This document shows, piece after piece, positions 32,713 to 42,772 of a DNA stretch of 64,000 nucleotides. Both the position numbers and the translations under genes were made by a program. Position 1 is the stretch's first letter. Each line of letters begins with the position of its first letter. The stretch is from positions 2,336,001 through 2,400,000 of the forward strand of contig CAWGMQ010000004.1 in the NCBI GenBank assembly GCA_963823665.1. Reading direction: 5' to 3'. The notes beneath the pieces were generated by a model, which saw only the letters and a list, made by a program, of their open reading frames with translations, was not told the DNA's origin and made no database searches. The DNA is from an uncultured Planctomycetota bacterium (GTDB lineage Bacteria; Planctomycetota; Planctomycetia; Isosphaerales; Isosphaeraceae).

Positions 32713-33735
32713 ATGGCCATGATAACGGATGCGTCACTGGCCTCGGAAATCGAGGTCGAGGGGTTAGCCTTCGCGCGCGAGGTGCTCCGAATTGAGGCTG
32801 AGGCCATCGAGCGTGTTCGTGATCGCCTTGACGACACACTGGCCCGTGCCGCTGACTTGATTTATCGCTCGTCCGGCAGCGTGATTGTCACAGGCATGGG
32901 AAAGGCGGGCTTGGTTGGCCAGAAGTTGGCGGCCACGCTGGCGTCGACCGGCACCCGCGCTTTTCCGCTCCATCCTGCGGAAGCAGTTCATGGTGATCTG
33001 GGACGGATCCGCTCGGATGATGTTGTGATTGCGCTTTCTCAGAGTGGCGAGACCGAGGAAGTCTTGCGACTGATTCCTGCTCTGCGCCGGCTGGGAGCGA
33101 CTTTGGTTGCCATCACGGAGAGAGCAGGGAGCTCGCTCGGTCGAGCTGCTGATTTGTGCATCACGCTGGGACCGATCGAGGAAGCTTGCCCGCTTGGTCT
33201 GGCGCCTTCGGCCAGTACCACTGTCTTGATGGCCGTTGGCGATGCGCTCGCGCTGCTGGTGAGCCAGATGCGCGATTTCACAGCCACGGATTTCGCCCGC
33301 TATCATCCTGCCGGCAGCCTGGGCCGGAAGCTCACTCGAGTCGAGGATGCGATGCGCACAGGCTCGGAACTTCGCCGGGCACACCTCGATGAAACCGTGC
33401 GGTCGGTCTTTATTCGGCTCGCCGGACCACGGCGGCGCTCGGGCGCCATCCTGATTACAAACGACGACTCTGTGCTGCTGGGGATTTTCACCGATAGTGA
33501 CCTGGCACGGCTATTCGAGAGACGGCGCGAGACCGATCTTGATTGGCCCATCGGCACGGTCATGACCGCCAATCCTTATACAATCCACGTCGGGGCGACG
33601 TTGGCCGAGGCGATCGAGTTGATGAAGTCACACAAGATCAGCGAGCTTCCCATTGTTGACCGCAGCCATCACTTGGTTGGCCTGATCGATGTAACAGACT
33701 TGATCGGGCTGGTTCCCGACGACCTTGGGGAGTAA
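32713..33735 (+). CDS. kdsD: Arabinose-5-phosphate isomerase (KpsF/GutQ family, SIS plus CBS domains)
   Basis: TGMGKAG, STGT, HPAEA.HGDLG, SQSGET, EACPLGLAP, HPAGSLG, CBS pair; GGGAGG RBS. Confidence 0.93.
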   Translation: MAMITDASLASEIEVEGLAFAREVLRIEAEAIERVRDRLDDTLARAADLIYRSSGSVIVTGMGKAGLVGQKLAATLASTGTRAFPLHPAEAVHGDLGRIRSDDVVIALSQSGETEEVLRLIPALRRLGATLVAITERAGSSLGRAADLCITLGPIEEACPLGLAPSASTTVLMAVGDALALLVSQMRDFTATDFARYHPAGSLGRKLTRVEDAMRTGSELRRAHLDETVRSVFIRLAGPRRRSGAILITNDDSVLLGIFTDSDLARLFERRRETDLDWPIGTVMTANPYTIHVGATLAEAIELMKSHKISELPIVDRSHHLVGLIDVTDLIGLVPDDLGE

Positions 33736-33738
33736 CGG

Positions 33739-34305
33739 GTGATGGCTCTCAGTTCGCCAGCCGAACTTGCCAAGCGGTGCCAGGCAATCGAGTTGCTCGT
33801 CACCGATGTGGATGGTGTCATGACGGACGGTAGGATCGTGCTGGATGACCACGGGGTGGAGACCAAACATTTCCACGTTCGGGATGGCTTGGCTTTCTCC
33901 TTGTGGCACAAAGCTGGCAAACAATCGGCAATACTCTCCGGCCGAAAAGCGCCTTCAGTCAGCCTTCGCGCTGCGGATCTCAAGATTGCCCATGTTTTTC
34001 TAGGGATTGAACAGAAGGACGGGCCGCTTCGTACCCTCATCACACAACTCGAACTCTCACCTCGCCAGGTCTGCTACGTCGGGGACGATCTCCCCGATTT
34101 ACTTGCATTTTCTGCCGTTGGCTTGGCGGCATGTCCTATCGATGCGGCTGCCGAAGTCAAGGCTGCGGCTCATGTGGTCACCCAAGCTTCTGGAGGATAT
34201 GGCACAATCCGCGAAATCGTTGAGCTCATCCTGAAATCTCAAGGAAGATGGTCAAACCTGATCGGTGCGGTCGGTACCGCACCAGACTTGCCAGGTCCGA
34301 TCTGA
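33739..34305 (+). CDS. kdsC: 3-deoxy-D-manno-octulosonate 8-phosphate phosphatase (HAD)
   Basis: DVDGVMTDG, K.F.VRDG, SGR, GDD.PD, GG.G..RE; directly follows kdsD. Confidence 0.93.
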   Translation: MMALSSPAELAKRCQAIELLVTDVDGVMTDGRIVLDDHGVETKHFHVRDGLAFSLWHKAGKQSAILSGRKAPSVSLRAADLKIAHVFLGIEQKDGPLRTLITQLELSPRQVCYVGDDLPDLLAFSAVGLAACPIDAAAEVKAAAHVVTQASGGYGTIREIVELILKSQGRWSNLIGAVGTAPDLPGPI

Positions 34306-34427
34306 AATATGCACGTCGGGGTTAATTCTTCTGGCCCCGTCCTCTGGGTGAATCAAGCGTCGACCCGTTCACGAGACGCACTGTAGTCTCTCGAATTCAC
34401 GTTACCGAGTGGAATTGGATCTCTTTC

Positions 34428-37400
34428 GTGCTCAAGAAGACCTTCAAGGCCGTGACCGTCTTTTGCCTCCTCGTGGGGTGCTACTTCGGCTACGTCCAGG
34501 TTTTCGCAATCGTCGTACACCAGATGATGAACGTGCGCCGCACCAAGGTGCCCGACGTCTGGATCCACCATGATTCCGACTCGAAGCACGCATCCATCCG
34601 GCTTGCGAAAGCGGTGATGCCACCTGGTAATTGGAGCACACGTGACGATTTGAACTTCCGCTATTACAGCGCCGAGCGAGGCTACTATATGTACGCGCAA
34701 GAAATGGAGCAAATCCAGGAAGAAAACGGCGTACAGTACCATGGCAAACGACTTCGGCTCAAGCCTTTCCTCGCGATTATCACATCGCGCGACGGCAGGA
34801 AAATCCAGACGATCACGAGCGATCGAGCAATCATTGACCTGAACCAGCCTTTGGGCTTCAACGCCGGTGCCGATGGTGAGGTCCTCAAGGTCAAACATGT
34901 TCTCCTTGAGCCCAACGTTGTCATTCATGACAACAAAGGCACGCCGAATGACGGCACAGACGACATGACGATCGATCAACTCACCACGCTTGAATATGAT
35001 GAGCCCACGCAGCGCATCACGTCGGAGTCGCATGTCGTCATCCGAGACGCAGAAATGATCACGAGCGGCGACGGTCTTCTCGTCCAGCTTTACAAGGCGA
35101 CTGGCCCGGCCTCCGGCGACTCATCGGGATTTGATGGGGTCAAGTACCTGGAACTATTTAGAAACGTTCACGTTATCATGAAGGATATAGGCAAGTCTGG
35201 CATGATGCCCGGCACAAGCACACCGAAGCACCCGCCTACAAAAGCCGCCGCCGCCGAGGCCAAGCTCGAGCTCGCTAAAGGGGCAGATCCAAAGGTGCAG
35301 ACGCCGCCTCAACAGCAACCCACTCCGCTTGACTTAACGTGCGATTCCAAGATGCAGGTTTCGCCGGCAAAGACTCGCGTACCGGTCTTGATCGGCCCCC
35401 CTGCGCCGCCCATCCCCACGATTGTCACATTTGACCGAAATGTCGTTGTGGTACGTGGCCGGGTTGACGAACAACCCGGTCAGCTCACGTGTGACAATTT
35501 GAAGTTGATGCTGGTTCCCTCAGAAGCACCACCACCGCCGCCAAACTCGGGAACATCCCAGCCTGTAGGCGCACAGGAGAGCGACATCGCTCCTCCCGAC
35601 AAACCCGCCGCCGCCGAGAAGTCCGGCCTGTTCGGCGGGCTCACGCTCAAGCGTGCTCATGCTACCGGCCACGCCGTCTGGGTCTACTTGCCGGCTGACG
35701 GAGTAAAGCTCCGGTGTAATGAGCTCATCTACCTGCGCCAGGCGCCTGAGAAGCCAGACACGACCTACTTCCGCGGTGATCTCACTCGTCCACTCGAGCT
35801 TGAAAAAACGGATCTGGTTCAGGACGTTAAATCGCCCGATTACGGCAAGGTCAAGTCGATCACGCACATTCGAACAATTGATGCAACAACGCTCGACAAA
35901 GGTTTTGGATTCGATTCGGCCGACATTGTTGCCAATGGCCCGGGCCGCCTCGACACCCAGCCCGGACGCGGCCAGCCCATCGACCGAACCGCCATCTGGC
36001 AAGATAAGTTTACAGTTCAAAATGAAGTCGCGCCCGACGGCACAATCAAGCAAAAAATCATTCTTCTTACTGGCAATCGTCCGGTTTTCATGAGTAACTC
36101 GCAGGGGGCATCCTCAATCGACTCGGCCCAGTCAATCAAAGTTTGGCTTTTGCCGAACGATTCAACCTCCGGCGGCGGTGGCTTTGACATCAAACGTCTA
36201 CTCGCGATGCGTGATGTGCATCTGCTCGCGCCGGCAAAGACGATGGTTGGCCGGGAATGGGTCGACGCCCGTTTTATCCATTCACAACCGGTTCCCGCCT
36301 CCTCCAATAACACTTCGAATACGGCAGCCAATACTACGGCAGCCAATACTGAAGATGTTACATCGGGCACAGGCACGGACCGCGCTCCCGCGGAGAACCA
36401 GGTTGCAGCAAAAGACGAGGAACCCAAGAAACCGTCGGAACCGCTCATGACTGGTTCGGCTGATCGGATCTGGGTTGAGATTGAGATGACGCCGAAGCCG
36501 GCTGCTACTCAGGCTGGTGCTACAGAAACGGCCCAAGCCGAGACCACCTCGAAGCCCAGCGGACCTGACGGAGCTCTGGGCGATAAGCAATCGGAAATCC
36601 GAAAAGCCTGGTTGTGGGGTTCCGTTGCGATTCACCAGGACCCCGCCGAAGGGAAAACCAAAGGCCAGGATGCCTCCGGAGAAGCGATCAACCTTGAGAA
36701 CCCCGCCAAGAACAAGGCAATTACTCGTGTCTATCAGCGCGACCCTTATGAAACGAAACCGCGCCCCGGCCCGCTCCCTCCTGCAAGAGTGGAAAACGAC
36801 GAGAAGACCATTCTGGCCACAGGTGGTGCGGGCGTCATTGTCATGAATCAGGCAACCGACCAGGCCTGGGTCGAAGGACCGGGAGTACTCACACAGCTCG
36901 CGACACGGACGTCTGCCTCGCCCACTGCGCCGCCTGATCCCAACGCCAGCCCCAAGACAACTGACGCCCCGTCTTCCCGTACCACCACCGGTGCTCGTCC
37001 CGTTAAAGAGCCGCGTGCGACTTCGTTACTGGTACAGAATGGCGCGCCACGGGCCAGCGCCCCTGAACAGTTGAAATCCGCTAGCCAGAACTCGCAGCGT
37101 TCCTCGGCAGAAACTGAAGCACACACTGATGCCCCTGACCAGGCAACCGACTCAAAGCCAAAGACTCGCGCTGGCCGTCCGATGAGCGAGAAAGTCCTCT
37201 CCATCATCCACTTCAGCGAGGGGATGGAATTCAACGGCAAGTCGGTTAACCCAGAGGGTAGCCCGGCGGGCCGTGCTGACTTCTTCGGAGTTGCCACAGC
37301 GCTCCTCGAGGATGCTTTGCTCCGAGGTGAAGAGGGAATCATTGCCTATACCGACCGGCCTGTTCCGTTTGCACAACTTGGCGCACTCAGCAAACCAAAA

Positions 37401-38489
37401 CCCAAAGATGCCGAACAAGCCGACGACGAAGGTGGTGGTGACAAAGCAGCCGATGAAGGGCCGCAGCTCGCGATCATCGAATGCTACCGCAATGCCATCG
37501 GCATCAGCCGGAAAGTCGACCCTGATCGTCCGGAAGTCCTGCAAAAGCAACGAATCGAGGCGAGTGAGCTTCTGGTTTACAATCGGCGCACCGGGAATTT
37601 CCATGTCCCGGGAAAGGGGAAAGTATATCTCTACGATCGAAGCGATAATTCCCGAGCGCAGGGGATGAATCTGGATGATGGCAACTCTCCGAGTGCGAAG
37701 CCGGTTGGCACAGCACGCACTGTTACACCCGCGTCGAGCCGAAGCTCGACCACGACAACTCGCTCAACCACGCCGCCGTCAGGCAAAAGCCGCAGTTCAA
37801 TTCAGCCACAGCCTGCCGACGCACCAGCCGATGCCAAGGCTGGCGAGCTACCGCCGTTGGTTTTGACTCAGATTCACTTCGAGAAGGGAATGAGGGGTCG
37901 TTTTGGTTCCACCAGCGAGCGCGCCCCGACTGAGGTTCAATGGTATGAGTTCTTTGGAAACATCCAGCTCGCTCGTGCCAAAGCCGCAAGCCCCCAATCG
38001 ATGTTCGATTTCGACAAGCTCCCCGCAGACTGTATGTTCCTGACATCACAAATCCTTCGTGTTCGCACGGAGCCTCCACCAGTTGGTTCTCCCCCATCCA
38101 CTCCTGCTCGTGACTATGTAAAGGCCTGGGAGAAAGCCTATGTCCAGAGCAGCGATAAGAGCCTGCAAGCCGATGTGATCACGTACGATTCGGAGAAAGA
38201 CCTGGTCTATGCATATGGCGAAGGTGGGCGTGGAGTGATTTATGCACAACAGCTTTCCACTGGCCAGCCGGACACTCAGGGACTGGCCAAGGCTGTCAGT
38301 CTCAACCCCAAGACCGGTGTGGCTCGCTTTGCCGAGAATTCTACCATCCAGTTTGTCGATCAAAACTCGGGCTCACGACCTCAGATCGCCCCGATTGTCG
38401 ACCCCGACTTCAAGAAGAAAAAACCTCCCAAGAAGGGCTTCCGAATTCCCAGCAGCAGTGTTGAACGCCGCGGATTCACTGGGGCATAG
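34428..38489 (+). CDS. Very large membrane-anchored periplasmic protein, probable LptC/LptA(OstA)-like beta-jellyroll repeats
   Basis: Single N-terminal TM; recurrent beta segments (TLEYDE..QRITSESHVVI..ITSGDGL; FDRNVVV..QLTCDNL; ATGHAV; LQADVITYDSEKDLVYAYG) separated by P/S/T-rich linkers; sits after kdsD-kdsC. Confidence 0.6.
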   Translation: MLKKTFKAVTVFCLLVGCYFGYVQVFAIVVHQMMNVRRTKVPDVWIHHDSDSKHASIRLAKAVMPPGNWSTRDDLNFRYYSAERGYYMYAQEMEQIQEENGVQYHGKRLRLKPFLAIITSRDGRKIQTITSDRAIIDLNQPLGFNAGADGEVLKVKHVLLEPNVVIHDNKGTPNDGTDDMTIDQLTTLEYDEPTQRITSESHVVIRDAEMITSGDGLLVQLYKATGPASGDSSGFDGVKYLELFRNVHVIMKDIGKSGMMPGTSTPKHPPTKAAAAEAKLELAKGADPKVQTPPQQQPTPLDLTCDSKMQVSPAKTRVPVLIGPPAPPIPTIVTFDRNVVVVRGRVDEQPGQLTCDNLKLMLVPSEAPPPPPNSGTSQPVGAQESDIAPPDKPAAAEKSGLFGGLTLKRAHATGHAVWVYLPADGVKLRCNELIYLRQAPEKPDTTYFRGDLTRPLELEKTDLVQDVKSPDYGKVKSITHIRTIDATTLDKGFGFDSADIVANGPGRLDTQPGRGQPIDRTAIWQDKFTVQNEVAPDGTIKQKIILLTGNRPVFMSNSQGASSIDSAQSIKVWLLPNDSTSGGGGFDIKRLLAMRDVHLLAPAKTMVGREWVDARFIHSQPVPASSNNTSNTAANTTAANTEDVTSGTGTDRAPAENQVAAKDEEPKKPSEPLMTGSADRIWVEIEMTPKPAATQAGATETAQAETTSKPSGPDGALGDKQSEIRKAWLWGSVAIHQDPAEGKTKGQDASGEAINLENPAKNKAITRVYQRDPYETKPRPGPLPPARVENDEKTILATGGAGVIVMNQATDQAWVEGPGVLTQLATRTSASPTAPPDPNASPKTTDAPSSRTTTGARPVKEPRATSLLVQNGAPRASAPEQLKSASQNSQRSSAETEAHTDAPDQATDSKPKTRAGRPMSEKVLSIIHFSEGMEFNGKSVNPEGSPAGRADFFGVATALLEDALLRGEEGIIAYTDRPVPFAQLGALSKPKPKDAEQADDEGGGDKAADEGPQLAIIECYRNAIGISRKVDPDRPEVLQKQRIEASELLVYNRRTGNFHVPGKGKVYLYDRSDNSRAQGMNLDDGNSPSAKPVGTARTVTPASSRSSTTTTRSTTPPSGKSRSSIQPQPADAPADAKAGELPPLVLTQIHFEKGMRGRFGSTSERAPTEVQWYEFFGNIQLARAKAASPQSMFDFDKLPADCMFLTSQILRVRTEPPPVGSPPSTPARDYVKAWEKAYVQSSDKSLQADVITYDSEKDLVYAYGEGGRGVIYAQQLSTGQPDTQGLAKAVSLNPKTGVARFAENSTIQFVDQNSGSRPQIAPIVDPDFKKKKPPKKGFRIPSSSVERRGFTGA

Positions 38490-39147
38490 ACGCCAGCCCC
38501 AGTTTATTGAGCGCTGCCTCAAGCTGGGTATTGAGCTCCGTGCCCTGCCCGACTCCGCGCCACACGATCTTGCCACTTGAGTCAATCAGATTGCTGCGAT
38601 AGATCCGTCCAGAAGGCGTCAGGTTGAGCACAACATCCTGGCCTGACTCGCGCTTGTCTTCTGTAACCCGGTGGTGATAACACCGCACCAACGGAACCTG
38701 GTCCCCGAAGAAAGACTCCATACGAGCATTTACCAACCGCCAGGAGCCCCAAGTTGTCCCCGAGATATCCGGCTTTGGAAATGGCCCTAGCGGTTGGGCC
38801 AATCCATCGGAAATATTGTTGTTCCGCTCGTATGAATAGCTGACACGAAACTTCGGGTCTTTGTGCGCTTTGTCGCTACCTATAGTGCCCGTACCGGAAT
38901 CAGCAGGGTCACGCAGCGCCGTGGGATCGGGCAGGAACTCGGGAACAAGATCCGAAAGGTGGTCGGGCCACTGTTGATGCTTCCTTTCGTAACTTAGCAA
39001 AGCTCGGTGGATCGTTTTCAATCGACTGGTGCAAGTGGCAATCGGATCCTGAGCAGCGACTTCCGGTTCTGCCATTCCATGACCAGCAGCAACGATCGCC
39101 ATCAACCAAAAACCAGGGTTGATTCGGGAGTGCTTATGATCGGGCAT
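38476..39147 (-). CDS. Hypothetical secreted protein
   Basis: GAGG RBS; signal-like N-terminus; C..RL..I..AL..Y......P..L.DLVP.FL pilin-like segment; C-terminus resembles a redoxin tail. Confidence 0.55.
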   Translation of the reverse strand: MPDHKHSRINPGFWLMAIVAAGHGMAEPEVAAQDPIATCTSRLKTIHRALLSYERKHQQWPDHLSDLVPEFLPDPTALRDPADSGTGTIGSDKAHKDPKFRVSYSYERNNNISDGLAQPLGPFPKPDISGTTWGSWRLVNARMESFFGDQVPLVRCYHHRVTEDKRESGQDVVLNLTPSGRIYRSNLIDSSGKIVWRGVGQGTELNTQLEAALNKLGLASMPQ

Positions 39148-39282
39148 GCCGAAACCTCACGCTGGTGTTGATTCGACTAATCCGACGGTCGTCCAGTTGA
39201 TTCTCGATACCGTTCAAGGCGTATTCCCGACTAAACCGGTGCGCGTGTATCCTGGGAATTCACGAAGAGAGGATTCGACCCG

Positions 39283-39753
39283 ATGCCCGACGAATCAGTG
39301 GTGCTTCTGATCGATGAAGTTCGTGGAAAGACACTTCGCCTACTCCATGCCGTCAGCGAGGAGGATGCCCGCTGGGCACCGCCTGGATTACAGAACACGA
39401 TTCTGTGGCACGCAGGGCATGCGTATCTGCTGCTTGAATGGCTGACGATGAAGGCGCTCGGGCGCACACCGCACCTTCCGAAGGGATGGTACCAGCTTTT
39501 TAGCTGGGACAGTCGTCCTGCAAGCATTCCGGCCGATGGCTGGCCGACGCTTGCCGAAGTCGTCACTCGTCTCGGCGAGCAGCACGAGCGGATGATTTCT
39601 CTGGTCAAAGGTTTCAGCATAGGGGCACTCGCTGAACCGGCGGCGGACCATCCCGACGTTTCAGTCCGCTTTGCAATTCTCCATGCCCTGCATGACGAGG
39701 CTTGCCACTGCGGCGAGATTCACTTACTGCGAAAGCTACTGCTGCGGATGTGA
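39283..39753 (+). CDS. DinB/YfiT family protein
   Basis: NTILWHAGH and HALHDEACHCGEI His motifs; GAGGA RBS. Confidence 0.85.
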   Translation: MPDESVVLLIDEVRGKTLRLLHAVSEEDARWAPPGLQNTILWHAGHAYLLLEWLTMKALGRTPHLPKGWYQLFSWDSRPASIPADGWPTLAEVVTRLGEQHERMISLVKGFSIGALAEPAADHPDVSVRFAILHALHDEACHCGEIHLLRKLLLRM

Positions 39754-40710
39754 GAATTGACCGTTCAAGATCCTGGTCAATTGCTCGATGGGGATATTCC
39801 CGCCACTCAGAATCAAGCCGACGTTTTTAGCGGCAAGCTCATTTCGCCGTGCGAATGCGGCTGCAACTGTGGCGGCCCCTGCACCTTCCGCGACCTGCCG
39901 AGCCGTCTCGACCAAGATGCGAATACCCGAACCAATTTGTTCGTCGCTGACGAGCATCAGTTCGTCAACCAGTCGAGGGAAGAGAGCCAAGGGCATGGCG
40001 AATGGCTCTCGGGTTGCAAGGCCTTCAGCAAATGTTGTGACGCTTTCGGTCACGATGCGGCGACCTTCCCGCCATGAGCGATAAACCGCTGGTGCTCCTT
40101 CCGCCTGCACGCCAATCACTTTGATCGCCGGGTTCACAGCTCGTGCCACCACGCCTGCGCCCATCACGCCACTCCCACCTCCAACCGGCACGAAAATGAC
40201 GTCAAGATCAGGAGCTGATTCAAGCAGTTCGAGTGCTGCTGTTCCAACGCCGGCAACCAGGAGCGGTTCATCTGAAGAGTGTACGAATCGTGAGCGATGA
40301 CACTCGGCATAGTCTTCCGCTGCAATCCGCGCCGCATCGAAATCGCGCCCGGTTTGAATGACTTTTGCCCCGAGTGCCTGTGTTGCGGAAACTTTGAGCG
40401 GATTGGCGTTTTCCGGCATGAAGATCACTGCCCGGCAGTCAAAGAGCCGTGCGCCGTAAGCTACGGACTGACCATGGTTACCCGTTGAGGCTGTCACGAC
40501 TCCATATGAACGTTCCTCTCGCGCAAGCGCTGCGACAAGGTTTATGCCACCGCGTACCTTGAATGCGCCGGTAGGATTAAGGTTTTCGCATTTGAGCACG
40601 ACGCGGCAGCCAAGCAGTGAGGCAAGATCAGGTGGCTCAATGGCTGGTGTTGGCCGCAAATAGGGCGCAATCGCACCTCGTGCCTTGAATACATCCGCCA
40701 GCGTCGGCAT
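39736..40710 (-). CDS. PLP-dependent threonine/serine dehydratase
   Basis: KCENLNPTGAFKVRG, ASTGNHG, PVGGGSG, EGAGA, LSGGN. The start could instead be the GTG at 40734. Confidence 0.92.
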   Translation of the reverse strand: MPTLADVFKARGAIAPYLRPTPAIEPPDLASLLGCRVVLKCENLNPTGAFKVRGGINLVAALAREERSYGVVTASTGNHGQSVAYGARLFDCRAVIFMPENANPLKVSATQALGAKVIQTGRDFDAARIAAEDYAECHRSRFVHSSDEPLLVAGVGTAALELLESAPDLDVIFVPVGGGSGVMGAGVVARAVNPAIKVIGVQAEGAPAVYRSWREGRRIVTESVTTFAEGLATREPFAMPLALFPRLVDELMLVSDEQIGSGIRILVETARQVAEGAGAATVAAAFARRNELAAKNVGLILSGGNIPIEQLTRILNGQFSHPQQ

Positions 40711-40764
40711 CGTCCAAGTCGTCGCAGTTTCCACCGGAGTAATACTCTGAAGCTGTCTGCGCAC

Positions 40765-40787
40765 GTAGGTCAGGCTTTCAGCCTGAC
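40765..40787 (+). repeat. GTAG-type REP-like palindrome
   Basis: GTAG-GTCAGGCT-TTC-AGCCTGAC, intergenic; a second degenerate copy starts at 49311. Confidence 0.6.
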
Positions 40788-40841
40788 GCATTCTCTGTCA
40801 TAGCCTAGCTTTGACGCTGCGCTCGGAACAAGCCGAGGTTC

Positions 40842-41732
40842 TCACGCATGTGCGGCTGGCCGTCGTTTTCGCCAAGTGCGAGCTCGCAGCAGACCTGCTC
40901 CGACCATGGCTGACCAGAGCAGCACGGATAATGGTTCGGGTATGCTAGCGGTACCGATCTGTGTACCGCCGCTGCCGCTGTTATCAGTACCTGTATTGCC
41001 GGTGGAGGTGTCCGGAGCTTGCAAGGTGATCTTGATGTCACTACTCGAAGGAACGAGCTGCGGCGGCGAGTTCGGGTTGGTAACGTCCAGCGAAAACTTG
41101 AGAATGCCGCCGTTGGCCAGTGATGCCAACCCCCCCTGGCCAATGGACTGGCCGTAGAAGGAGAGACCGAGCGCTTGCAGCGGATTCCCATTCGAGTCCA
41201 AGAGCGGATTCCCATTCTGGTCCTTACTGGCAAGATAATCATAAACTCCGCTGGCGTAGAAGCCCTGTGAGCCCGAGGGAATAACGTTGAGTGGCCCCGA
41301 TGGCGAAGACGATGGAGGAGTAACAACGCCGCCGGCTGGGTCAACCAGTGCCACAACCTGCGGAGGTGCGATAACAGGTGTGAATGTCAGGCTTTCGCCC
41401 CCGTTTGCTGTCGCGTTCTGGCTCAGCGTAACCTGCGCCCCGCCGGATCCGATCGAAGTAACGGTAGTGCCGGTCGGTATACCGGTACCGCTGACCTGGT
41501 ATCCCACACCGACCCCGGTTGTGCTGGGTACACTGACTGTAGGCGAGCCAGTGCTCAGCGTTCCGTTCAGTGTCACGGGTGGGGTCCCTGGAGGAGGGCC
41601 GGATGGTGCAGGCAAGCCATCGGTGCTTGTCAACGTATATGTCGCAAGGCCGTCAGCCCGCGATGAAACTGGTTGTAATGCGAGGCCAAAGGCCAAAGCG
41701 GCCACCAGGAGAGTTGGACACCGACGCATCAC
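40842..41732 (-). CDS. PEP-CTERM sorting domain protein
   Basis: Signal peptide; G/T/S/P-rich body; IPEPLSVLLWSAMVGAGLLRARTWRKRR; GGAGGAG RBS. Confidence 0.85.
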   Translation of the reverse strand: MMRRCPTLLVAALAFGLALQPVSSRADGLATYTLTSTDGLPAPSGPPPGTPPVTLNGTLSTGSPTVSVPSTTGVGVGYQVSGTGIPTGTTVTSIGSGGAQVTLSQNATANGGESLTFTPVIAPPQVVALVDPAGGVVTPPSSSPSGPLNVIPSGSQGFYASGVYDYLASKDQNGNPLLDSNGNPLQALGLSFYGQSIGQGGLASLANGGILKFSLDVTNPNSPPQLVPSSSDIKITLQAPDTSTGNTGTDNSGSGGTQIGTASIPEPLSVLLWSAMVGAGLLRARTWRKRRPAAHA

Positions 41733-42159
41733 GGTAAGTCTCCTCCATGAACTCTCTGCGAGGAACCCTATGGTCCCCTGAAGCCATTCAAATCTCGAGC
41801 AGACCTGACCAGCTCACGCCCGTGACCTGGTACGAGTTGGTCCGTCGGTCACAAAGTGTCGCTTTGCCACCTCGACGTACTACTCAAGCTGCGGAAGAAC
41901 GGCATTCAGAAGTGGTAAGTGCCTGGGGAGCGACCTTCCTGAAACTTGAGGGCCGCATTGTGCAAGGGTTTCAAAAACCGGTCAAGGGAGAATGGAATTG
42001 TTTTTTGCCCATACCGTCGCTCGGACCTGACGAATCCTGCAACGACACCCGGACCTGTGCAGAAACCCAAGTCCACGGTAGGCTTTAGCAAGGCAGCGAT
42101 CGAAGATCCCGCAGCGAATAAACGCGAGACGTCCAACGTCTTATAATCCGGGTGTAAGT

Positions 42160-42750
42160 ATGCTCGAGGTTGTTACCGGCGTGCAAACGCCCGACGAAAC
42201 TCTGGTGCGGCTTGCTCGCGGCGGGGATAACCCAGCGTGTGAGGAGTTGTTCCGGCGCTACCGAAGCGATGCCTACCGCTACGCTTACCGGCAGCTCGGC
42301 CACGAGGAAGATGCACTGGATGTTGTTCAGGAATCAATGCTTAAGGCGTTTTCGGGCTTGGCTGATTTTGATGGTCGCAGTGCTTTCCGAACCTGGCTGC
42401 TACGAATCGTGATCAACACCGCTTTTGATTGGGGGAGAAGGCGCAAGCGACGGCCTAGCACGGGAGGTGGTCATGATGGTGACCTCATGCATCTGGAAGC
42501 GGCAACTGATGACGATCCATCTCGCCGTTTGCATCAGCAAGACCTACGCGTCGCTCTCGATCGTGCTCTCAGTCGCCTGAGCAACACAATCCGTTGTACG
42601 TTTGTCTTATTTGCTGAATTAGGCTTGAGTTACAGAGAGATTGCCGAAACACAAGAACTTCCGATCGGCACTGTCATGAGCCGCATTCATGCGGCTCGTG
42701 AAAAGCTCCAAGCCGAGCTCGATTGGAATGAGCTCTCCGGTCTTGGATGA
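42160..42750 (+). CDS. ECF RNA polymerase sigma factor
   Basis: A.DVVQE...KAF, F.GRSAFRTWL.RI..N, GLSYREIAE...PIGTVMSRIH.AR. Confidence 0.95.
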   Translation: MLEVVTGVQTPDETLVRLARGGDNPACEELFRRYRSDAYRYAYRQLGHEEDALDVVQESMLKAFSGLADFDGRSAFRTWLLRIVINTAFDWGRRRKRRPSTGGGHDGDLMHLEAATDDDPSRRLHQQDLRVALDRALSRLSNTIRCTFVLFAELGLSYREIAETQELPIGTVMSRIHAAREKLQAELDWNELSGLG

Positions 42751-42772
42751 AATTGAGGAAGGGTTTCTAAAG

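Noticed and set aside
36318..36350. 15-bp tandem duplication (acggcagccaatact x2)
   Set aside because: In-frame linker expansion (TAANT x2) in a low-complexity region.
41179..41217. 24-bp-period repeat encoding DQNGNPLLDSNGNPL
   Set aside because: Ordinary short coding repeat common in surface proteins.
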